Assembly: GCA_031255355.1 (NCBI GenBank)
Contig: JAIRSR010000077.1
Coordinates: 1 to 24,930, forward strand
DNA from: Clostridiales bacterium
Lineage (GTDB): Bacteria; Bacillota; Clostridia; Monoglobales; Firm-18
Reading direction: 5' to 3'
Length of the DNA stretch: 24,930 bases
Shown here: piece after piece, positions 16,004-23,368 of the stretch
Layout: the number at the start of each line of letters is the position of its first letter
Numbering within the stretch: the stretch's first letter is position 1
Position numbers and translations under genes: made by a program
The notes under the pieces: generated by a model
Databases searched by the model: none
What the model was told of the DNA's origin: nothing
What the model saw: the letters and a program-made list of their open reading frames with translations, nothing else

Positions 16004-17887
16004 TTAATCAAGATTGATTGTGGGGCATAAGGGCGAGAGCAGAGCAAAGCCGTCCTCCGCCCAAAGGAATAGCCTGTGCGCACTGCCGACCTCCTCCGAA
16101 AGATTCAGCGTAACCGGCGCGGCAATACTTTCCGCCGGAACCTTTTCAAAATCGAAGCCAATCAGCCTGTTGCCGCTGTAACTTGCGGCAAGCACGGTAA
16201 TATATTCCGTAACCTTGGACGCGTAAGCGGCGGGGATGCTCACCGTAACCGTGCCGCCGTCCACTTCCCAATGCAACCGCCCCGCTACGCCGGAAACACT
16301 GACGGCAGCAAACTGATTGAAGTCGTTTTCGTTTGCGGATTTTGAGCCGGCTTGGAAAATAACGTCATCCGTCCCACGGTTCAAAAACGCGCCGTCGTCC
16401 GTCAAGGTAACGCTCCACGCGTTGTTCCCCGCGTCATATTCCTGCTCCTTGCTTCCTCTGAACGTAATCCCGCCGGAAGCCGCGTCTATCGTAATCACCG
16501 CGTTCATCCAAGAGGTTCCCCCCGCCGTGGCGGAGGTTGCCGCCGCGTAAGCCGTCTGTATGCCGTTGACCACTTTGCGGAGGTACGGACGCGCCCCGCC
16601 GCTCTCGTGAATGCCCGCCTCGTAAAAACTTTGCTCATCACTGCTCACGTTAAAGCGCATGACCGTCTGTACACCGTTGTACTTCGCGAATACAACGGCG
16701 ATTTTCGTCACGTCATACGCCGCCGCGCCGGGGGAATGCAGGTTAATCAAACCGTACTCTATATCACTTTGCCCGGAAATATTAAGCGATCCGTTGATAA
16801 ACGCGCGAACGCCGTCGTAACCGCCGGCAACGTACCCCTTGAACACGTTGGAACGTTTCCAATAACCGTTGACGTTCGGCCGGGCGTCGCCCACCACCGT
16901 CGCGCCGCCGGAATCCGCCGTCGTGCCGCGCACCGCCGTCCCCGCCGTCGTTTTCGCGTTGTTCGCGTTGTATGCGGAGAAATCATCATAGAAGATATTG
17001 ACCTCTCTGTTCGGCGTGCCGTAAATATCCACATAATCTACCGAAACCCGGTTATTTTCATTGCGGGGACGAAGCCACGCGCCGCCGATTTGGAACACCA
17101 TATTGCCTATGCCTCTTTCGAGGAATTCCCCCTGTTCCGTGTATACACCGCTGTACAGCACTGTGTTATCGTTGCCGTTTTTCAGGGTATATGAAATTGT
17201 TTTCGCGTCCTTGTCAATGTCCACTTCAGAGATAAACCATGAAGTACCGCCGTGTGTTTGCGTATCCGCTGCCACAAGTTCCGTCCCATGTCCGTTTACC
17301 ACCTTGCGGATATAGGCGTAGCCCGTTTTGCCGCTGCCCGCTATCGTTTCCTCATTTGCTCTCAATCCGCTAAGCCCTACCTCGTAAAAGGACTTCTCAT
17401 CCGCGCTGACGTTAAACCGCTGGATTGCCCGCGCGTCGTTATACCGCGCGTATCTTACCTCAAACTTCGTCAAACTGTAATCCACGGCGCGGTCGGAGTA
17501 CAAATTCACCATAGACTGTTCCCATGTGCTGTGTCCCGCAATTTCAAGGGTGTCATCGCCCTCGATAAACGTTTGTATGCCATACGCGCCGATGTCCGTG
17601 TTAATCCACCCCGTACCCGTTTCGCTTACGTTAGAACGCTTCCAATAGCCGCCCAACGCCGCGCGGTCGTCCGCTACCACCGTCGCGCCGCCGGAATCCG
17701 CCGTCACGCCGCGCACCGCGTTTGCCTCGCCCCTTTTGGCGTTGGCGTCGGTGTAGGTATCAAACTCGTCATGGAATATGAGCGCACCCTCAGCCGAAGC
17801 GGTAACCGGCGCGATTCCCGCCAACATACCGCACAGCAGCGCGAACGCCGCCAAAACCGAAATCCCTCTTTTGATGACCTTTAACAT
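16004..17887 (-). CDS. Secreted protein with two tandem copies of an unrecognised ~240-aa beta-rich domain and the shared C-terminal domain; no SLH (P1)
   Basis: AAGGGGG RBS; signal peptide ending ASA-E. Internal duplication 17018-17779 versus 16289-16996. Confidence 0.85.
   Translation of the reverse strand: MLKVIKRGISVLAAFALLCGMLAGIAPVTASAEGALIFHDEFDTYTDANAKRGEANAVRGVTADSGGATVVADDRAALGGYWKRSNVSETGTGWINTDIGAYGIQTFIEGDDTLEIAGHSTWEQSMVNLYSDRAVDYSLTKFEVRYARYNDARAIQRFNVSADEKSFYEVGLSGLRANEETIAGSGKTGYAYIRKVVNGHGTELVAADTQTHGGTSWFISEVDIDKDAKTISYTLKNGNDNTVLYSGVYTEQGEFLERGIGNMVFQIGGAWLRPRNENNRVSVDYVDIYGTPNREVNIFYDDFSAYNANNAKTTAGTAVRGTTADSGGATVVGDARPNVNGYWKRSNVFKGYVAGGYDGVRAFINGSLNISGQSDIEYGLINLHSPGAAAYDVTKIAVVFAKYNGVQTVMRFNVSSDEQSFYEAGIHESGGARPYLRKVVNGIQTAYAAATSATAGGTSWMNAVITIDAASGGITFRGSKEQEYDAGNNAWSVTLTDDGAFLNRGTDDVIFQAGSKSANENDFNQFAAVSVSGVAGRLHWEVDGGTVTVSIPAAYASKVTEYITVLAASYSGNRLIGFDFEKVPAESIAAPVTLNLSEEVGSAHRLFLWAEDGFALLSPLCPTINLD
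16289..17779 (-). repeat. Intragenic tandem domain duplication in P1 (third copy in P4 at 11089-11808)
   Basis: Both copies share IF.D.F..Y..NAK, AVRG.TADSGGATVV, GYWKRSNV, A.YN, RFNVS.DE.SFYE.G, Y.RKVVNG, GGTSW and RG...FQ.G. Confidence 0.9.
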
Positions 17888-17923
17888 AATTTTAACCCCC
17901 TTGCTTCAAAATAAATTCTCACG

Positions 17924-18775
17924 TCACTCTTTCACCGCACCCGCCGCCAAGCCGGATACGAAGTACTTGCCGGCACAGGCATACGCCGCCACCACGGGAA
18001 TCAGCGCGATTGCGGAACCCGCCAGCATGAGGTTCCACGACGAAGCCGCGCCGCCTCCGCTTTTCAACGCCATCAGCCCTACAATCAGCGTCTGCTGTTT
18101 TGGATTTGTCATGGTAAAAATCGTCGGCATGATGTAATCGTTCCAACTCCACTGAAATGTCAAAATCGCCACCGTCGCTAAAATAGGCTTCAGCATAGGC
18201 AGAATCACGCGGCAATAGATGCCGAAAAAGTCACAGCCGTCGATTTTCGCCGCCTCGTCCACCGCACGCGGAATCGTGGACACATAGCCGCGCACCAGGT
18301 ACACGTTCACAATCGGCACGCCGAACACGTTCAGCAAAATCAGCGCGGGAAGCGAACGGTCCAGCCGCAGAAGCCCCAGCACTTGAAACGTGGCGTAAAT
18401 CCCGATATTCCCCACCTTGATGAACATCAGCGATATAAAACAGCCGAAAATCAGCCGCTTGAAAGGGAACCGCCCCCGCGCGAACACGTACCCGCCCATA
18501 GAAGCCGTCACCACCGCGATCAGCACGTTTGCCAAGGTGTAATACAGGCTGTTCAGCCCCATAAGCCCCGCGTTAAAAGCGGGGTCCGTCCACACGGTGA
18601 CGTAATTTTCCAGCGTGGGCGCGGCGGGGAACACCCGCGCCGGCTCCGCCATAATCTCCATGTTGGTCTTAAAGGACGACGCGACCGTGTACACCAACGG
18701 AAACGCGGTAATGACAAAGATCACGCCCAAAAACAAGTAAATGAAAATATTTTCAATGAGCAAGCGTTTTTTCAT
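17924..18775 (-). CDS. Carbohydrate ABC transporter permease (CUT1, MalG-like)
   Basis: Multiple transmembrane segments; EAA loop VDEAAKIDG; WSWNDY motif. Confidence 0.95.
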   Translation of the reverse strand: MKKRLLIENIFIYLFLGVIFVITAFPLVYTVASSFKTNMEIMAEPARVFPAAPTLENYVTVWTDPAFNAGLMGLNSLYYTLANVLIAVVTASMGGYVFARGRFPFKRLIFGCFISLMFIKVGNIGIYATFQVLGLLRLDRSLPALILLNVFGVPIVNVYLVRGYVSTIPRAVDEAAKIDGCDFFGIYCRVILPMLKPILATVAILTFQWSWNDYIMPTIFTMTNPKQQTLIVGLMALKSGGGAASSWNLMLAGSAIALIPVVAAYACAGKYFVSGLAAGAVKE

Positions 18776-18810
18776 CAGGCGATCCCCCTTAGACCGAAGT
18801 CGAATATTCC

Positions 18811-19755
18811 TTATACTGACGGCATTTTTTTGCTTACCTTGTCATAGGCGAGGGCGACTACCGCGAAAATCACCGTCGTAACGACGGACATCGCGCAGCC
18901 GTACCCCAAGCGCGGCTTCGCCCCCGCCGCCATAAAGCCCGGCACGAATTGACGCGTCAGATACGCCATGACGGAAAGTGTCTGCCCGCCCGGTGCGCCG
19001 TTGGTGGAAGTGAGGATAAACTCATTCACCCCCAGCGTCCCCACCAACGACAGCAATAAGATGATTTGCAGCACCGGCGCGATCATCGGCACCGTTATTT
19101 TGCGGAACGCCGTAAAGCCTGACGCGCCGTCCAACCGCGCGGATTCGTAAATATCCTCTGAAATCCCCGCGAGCGCCGCCATAAAATACATGACGTTGAT
19201 TCCGAAAGTGCTCCACACGCCGCCCGTGACCAACACGGCGAACGCCGTCCCCCTCCCGGCGAACCAATCAACGCCCTCACGCACCGCGCCGATTTTTAAC
19301 AGCGTACCGTTCACCCAGCCGAAGTACCCGAACATATTGGTAAAAATCAAGCCGACTACCGCCACACTGATAATGTTAGGCAGATAGAACACCGCGCGGA
19401 AGAAGTGCGACCCGCGCAGCCGCCTGTTCAGCATCAGCGCAAGAATCATGGCAAGGCATAATTCTATAGGGATTTTCAACGCCGCGTACAAAAGCGTATT
19501 CGCCCAGGTACGCCAATACGTCAGGTCTACGGTGAACATACTGATGAAGTTTTGCAAACCGATAAAGCGCGTGTTCGCGGCAATGCCGTCATAGGCGTAA
19601 AACGCCCAGCGAAACGTCCAGATGATAGGGTATACCGATAATACCAAAAACCCGATAATCTGTGTGCCGATCATGAGGAAGCACTGCAACGCCTCTTTGT
19701 GTTTCTCGCGTTGGATCGAGGCGGGCGACCCTCCCTGCCTTGTTGTATTTTTCAA
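18811..19755 (-). CDS. Carbohydrate ABC transporter permease (CUT1, MalF-like)
   Basis: TTG start with AGGGGG RBS; FIGLQNF motif; EAA loop IYESARLDGAS. Confidence 0.95.
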   Translation of the reverse strand: MKNTTRQGGSPASIQREKHKEALQCFLMIGTQIIGFLVLSVYPIIWTFRWAFYAYDGIAANTRFIGLQNFISMFTVDLTYWRTWANTLLYAALKIPIELCLAMILALMLNRRLRGSHFFRAVFYLPNIISVAVVGLIFTNMFGYFGWVNGTLLKIGAVREGVDWFAGRGTAFAVLVTGGVWSTFGINVMYFMAALAGISEDIYESARLDGASGFTAFRKITVPMIAPVLQIILLLSLVGTLGVNEFILTSTNGAPGGQTLSVMAYLTRQFVPGFMAAGAKPRLGYGCAMSVVTTVIFAVVALAYDKVSKKMPSV

Positions 19756-19784
19756 CGATTTGTCCCCCCTAAGAGCCTTTCACA

Positions 19785-21167
19785 TTACCGCACGGGGTTC
19801 CAACCGGGAATGTCCCGCGCTTTTGGGTCGCGATCCGGGTGCGTCGCGTAATACCGCTGTTTCGCGTCGTTTTTTAAGTCGGTATACTTCACTAACGCGT
19901 CCTTGACCGGCGTTTTGCCCGTCCACACTTCCGAAAGGAAGTATTCGTAAAATTCGGGCTGTCCCCCCAATACAGAGGAAATATTCGGCTCCCACGAGGT
20001 GCGGACGCTAATCTCCGTCAACGCGCAAAACTCTTTCCAGCCCTTTGGCGCACCGTCCAAAGATACGTCCTTGACCGTTTGCCAATTGTAAGGGATTTCC
20101 ACCCCCGCTTGGTAAGTGGAAGTAACAAAATCGTCGCTTGTGAAAAATTTAAGCACTTCCATGATTACATCGCCGCCCGCATCGGAAAGTGCCTTGCGCG
20201 TGACGTAAAACGTAGAGCCGAACTCCATACGCTGTAAGTATTTTTCCGCGCCGTCTACCGTGGGATACGGCGCGACGCCCCAATCAAACTGCGCGGGGAA
20301 CTGGTCGTTGTACACGCCTACGTCAAAGGAATACGCCATTTTCATTCCGATTTTCCCAAGCGCGAACTGTGCCCGCGCGGGGTCGTTATCCAAGCCCTCC
20401 GCGCCGGGGTAGATGCTGCCGTCCTCTTTCATGCCCAAATACGCGCTCATAATCGGCTCTAACGGCGTGTAATCATAAATTCCGGTACCGGGATTGTACC
20501 CCTCGTGCCCCGCGCTGCTCAGCAGCGGGTGCAGAAATTCGCTCCCGAAAAACCCGCCCCATTTCAGCGGCAAAATAAAGCCGTACTCCCGCTTGTCCGG
20601 GTTGGTCAGCCGTTTCGCGTATTCGCGGAGTTCCGCGTAACTTTTCGGCGGCGTAGGCTCGCCGTTCGCGTCCACGATTCCCGCCGCGCGGAACATTTCC
20701 TTGTTATACACCATGCCCTGTGTCGCCGCGCCGTAGGGCAGGGAATAGTACTTGTCGCCGATATAATTCCGCTCTACCCGCGCTTCGTCCTTGTACTTGT
20801 CAATCAGCGCGTTGCCGCCCGGCAACTCATTATACGGCGCGATGAAGTCCGATTCCACCATTTTTTCCACGTCAACGCCCGCGATAAATAAATCCGGCGC
20901 TTGCCCGCTTTGCAGCGCGAGTTCGATCTGTTGGGTCAGCGCGCTGCCCTCCTTTACGACGTAATCTATCATGACGCCCTTTTTCGCGCCCGCATCCTGG
21001 TTCCACGCGTTAATCAGCCTGTCATAAATCGCTTTGCTGCCGGTGCTGTCCGACCAAATGACGACCTTTTTTACCCCGCCGTCCGTCTGTCCTCCCCCGC
21101 AGCCCGCAAGCAAGCCTGTGAGCGCGGTCAAGATGAGTGCCGCCGCCAACTTTCGCTTACCAATCAT
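19785..21167 (-). CDS. Carbohydrate ABC transporter substrate-binding lipoprotein (SBP family 1)
   Basis: GGGAGG RBS; lipobox LLAG-C23; typical SBP1 segments SGQAPDLF, YSLPY, MVYNKEMF, DWGVAPYP. Confidence 0.95.
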   Translation of the reverse strand: MIGKRKLAAALILTALTGLLAGCGGGQTDGGVKKVVIWSDSTGSKAIYDRLINAWNQDAGAKKGVMIDYVVKEGSALTQQIELALQSGQAPDLFIAGVDVEKMVESDFIAPYNELPGGNALIDKYKDEARVERNYIGDKYYSLPYGAATQGMVYNKEMFRAAGIVDANGEPTPPKSYAELREYAKRLTNPDKREYGFILPLKWGGFFGSEFLHPLLSSAGHEGYNPGTGIYDYTPLEPIMSAYLGMKEDGSIYPGAEGLDNDPARAQFALGKIGMKMAYSFDVGVYNDQFPAQFDWGVAPYPTVDGAEKYLQRMEFGSTFYVTRKALSDAGGDVIMEVLKFFTSDDFVTSTYQAGVEIPYNWQTVKDVSLDGAPKGWKEFCALTEISVRTSWEPNISSVLGGQPEFYEYFLSEVWTGKTPVKDALVKYTDLKNDAKQRYYATHPDRDPKARDIPGWNPVR

Positions 21168-21187
21168 GAAAATTCCTCCCTCATATC

Positions 21188-21248
21188 ATTATAAGAACCT
21201 GTCTAAGGATTTCATTTTCATTATGACATAGAATGGAGGATAAGTGAA
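21188..21248 (-). promoter_or_regulatory. Two candidate sigmaA promoters for the SBP-led operon
   Basis: Distal: TTCACT (21248-21243), 17 bp, TG-N-CATAAT (21225-21220). Proximal: TATAAT (21193-21188) with a poor -35, as would be expected for an activator-dependent promoter. Confidence 0.5.
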
Positions 21249-21285
21249 GTAACAGTTTTTGTATACGGCGGCGCAAAACGCGTCA

Positions 21286-21309
21286 ACGGCGGGGATTTCT
21301 CCCCGCCGT
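21286..21309 (-). terminator. Stem-loop, probable intrinsic terminator of the oxidoreductase pair
   Basis: Perfect 10-bp stem ACGGCGGGGA/TCCCCGCCGT with a GAAA loop on the minus strand, ~65 bp after the 21375 stop. The U-tract is weak (TGACGCGTTTT). Confidence 0.65.
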
Positions 21310-21374
21310 GCCGTATCAGTATAAATTGAAATATTTGGATATTACGCAAGATTTTATTTTTTATGACAAATTTT

Positions 21375-22208
21375 TTACGCTTCGACATTCACCCAAGTGA
21401 AAGGTGTTTCCAACGCGCGTTGCCCCGCGTGACGCGCCGCCATGATTGCCAGCGTCCGCGCGTGCGGTACGGGGATTTCGCCTGTTTCAAAAAATTGCAG
21501 CATTTCCGCGATAAACCGCTCGAACAGGTCGGATTTCACCTCGACGGATTGCGAATGACCGTCCGCGTACCCGATTTGCGCGGAAAATCCCGCGTTCGCG
21601 AAATGCGCCGTCCGCGCGGTACGTCCGTCGGCAAACGCAAAGACCAACGCGGGGTGACGCGCCGTTCCCACGGACATCACCCGCTTTACAACGCCGTCCG
21701 TCAAATAGATGATTGGTTCGATTTGGTGGATGGAATAGATAGCAAAACTGCCCGGGCCGACGGTTTGCACCGTTTCGATCCCCGCGCGTTCCACGCGGCT
21801 GTATTCCTCCACAAATCCCAGCGCGGAACAGGAATAGCACGGTGTGCCGTGCGCGTCAGCCAAGTCAAACATACGCTTCGCCGCCGCGAGGTCCGGCGCG
21901 AAAGTCTTATCCACATACACAGGCTTACCGCTCCTGAGCGGCAAATCCACCAACGTTTCATGCTGTTCCGGGTTGTCCGGCGAAAGTACCACAATACAAT
22001 CGCTGTGTTCCACAACTTCCTCTATCGTTTGCGCGAGGGGGATTCCCGTGCGCCGCGACCATTCGGCGTTGGTCACGCCGCCCGGCTTGTCACACTTCGC
22101 CCACGCGGAAGCGACTTGAAACGCGCCGCCGTGCTTTTTGATAAAGCCGGGGTAATTGTCGGCGTGCCATTCGTCCAGATAATAATCAATAAATCCTATT
22201 TTTTTCAC
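21375..22208 (-). CDS. Atypical Gfo/Idh/MocA-like oxidoreductase (Rossmann fold)
   Basis: GTG start with GGAGG RBS, GTGA overlap with the upstream gene. DCIVVLSPD..H..L...L..GKPVYVDK pattern. 277 aa; lacks the canonical GxGxxG and EKP motifs. Confidence 0.75.
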   Translation of the reverse strand: MKKIGFIDYYLDEWHADNYPGFIKKHGGAFQVASAWAKCDKPGGVTNAEWSRRTGIPLAQTIEEVVEHSDCIVVLSPDNPEQHETLVDLPLRSGKPVYVDKTFAPDLAAAKRMFDLADAHGTPCYSCSALGFVEEYSRVERAGIETVQTVGPGSFAIYSIHQIEPIIYLTDGVVKRVMSVGTARHPALVFAFADGRTARTAHFANAGFSAQIGYADGHSQSVEVKSDLFERFIAEMLQFFETGEIPVPHARTLAIMAARHAGQRALETPFTWVNVEA

Positions 22209-23275
22209 AGTGTAACCTCCTCTTGTTTTTCCGCAGAACGGTAAATCGCGTCGAGAAGCCGCGCCGTAACAAGCACCGTGTCGATATGGGACGGCAATTT
22301 CTCCCCTGTTTCCGTACAGCGCAAAAACGCGTCGATCTCGTTTTGGAACGCACCGCCGAACATACCGCCCGCGCCAAGCGTGTAGCCTGTTTTGGTGAGC
22401 ATACCGTCCGCCGCGCCGTATTGGACGAAATCCGCGCCGTAGTTCAGACGAATCCCCGCCTTGGTACCCATAAAGTCAATGAACATCTCGTTTTCGCCGA
22501 TATTTTGCGCCCACGCGCCGTTGAACGTAATCACGGGACCGGACGTGCGGACCACGCCCGTCACCGCGTCGTCCACATCGCAGACGCCGTGCGGGTTCGG
22601 CGGCCCCGCCCACATATCGGTGTAGGTGTAATCGCCAATCGGGTTGCCTAACTTGCAAAACGCCGCGCCGCTCACCGTGCGCGGTAAAGGGTCGCCGCAG
22701 CAGTACATCACAATGTCGAGGAAGTGTACCCCCCAATCGATCAGCACCCCGCCGCCGGAGACCGCCTTGGTGGTAAACGCGCCGCCCAGCCCGGGAATCG
22801 CGCGGTGAGAGCGGAAACTGACATACACGCTGTAGACCTCCCCCAACCCGCCGCCGTCGATAATCGCCTTAACGCGGTTCACCGCGTCGTTAAAGCGGTT
22901 GACTACGCCGATGTTAAGGATTTTCCCCGTTTCGCCGCATACGCGCTGCATTTCCAACGCCTCGGTCAAAGTCCGCGCCGCAGGCTTTTCGCAAAGCGTG
23001 TGCTTGCCCGCGTTCAGCGCGTCTACCGCGATCAAGCCGTGCGCGTCGTTGGGCGTGCAGACCGATACCGCGTCCACCGACGCGTCCGCGAGTACTTCCT
23101 TGTAGTCAGTCACCGCCTTGCCGCAACCGTATTTTTCTACCGCCGCCCGCGCCCGCTCCGGCAAAATATCGCAAAAATACGCGATTTCCGCGCTGTCGTT
23201 CGCCAAATACGACGGTATATGCGCCGCGTTCGCGATACTGCCGCAGCCAATGATACCTATTTTGTGCTTGGACAT
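22205..23275 (-). CDS. Gfo/Idh/MocA family NAD-dependent oxidoreductase (YcjS-like glycoside 3-dehydrogenase candidate)
   Basis: Motifs KIGIIGCGSIA, VSVCTPN..H, CEKP and GGGVLIDWGVHFLD. Confidence 0.9.
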   Translation of the reverse strand: MSKHKIGIIGCGSIANAAHIPSYLANDSAEIAYFCDILPERARAAVEKYGCGKAVTDYKEVLADASVDAVSVCTPNDAHGLIAVDALNAGKHTLCEKPAARTLTEALEMQRVCGETGKILNIGVVNRFNDAVNRVKAIIDGGGLGEVYSVYVSFRSHRAIPGLGGAFTTKAVSGGGVLIDWGVHFLDIVMYCCGDPLPRTVSGAAFCKLGNPIGDYTYTDMWAGPPNPHGVCDVDDAVTGVVRTSGPVITFNGAWAQNIGENEMFIDFMGTKAGIRLNYGADFVQYGAADGMLTKTGYTLGAGGMFGGAFQNEIDAFLRCTETGEKLPSHIDTVLVTARLLDAIYRSAEKQEEVTL

Positions 23276-23325
23276 AAAAACACTCCTCCCTGTTTTGATT
23301 GATTTTTTGGATGGATTTTAATATC

Positions 23326-23354
23326 ATTATCGCAAAAAATCACAAAACAGACAA
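23326..23354 (-). promoter_or_regulatory. Candidate sigmaA promoter for the oxidoreductase pair
   Basis: TTGTCT (23354-23349), 17 bp, GATAAT (23331-23326), with extended TG-N. Confidence 0.6.
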
Positions 23355-23368
23355 GAGCGGTATGTGTT

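Noticed and set aside
17924-21167. ABC transporter lacks an ATPase gene
   Set aside because: This is normal for CUT1 systems in Bacillota, which share an MsmX/MsmK-type ATPase encoded elsewhere.
21241-21262. Possible CcpA cre site upstream of the SBP gene
   Set aside because: It lacks the central CG and the dyad symmetry of the cre consensus.
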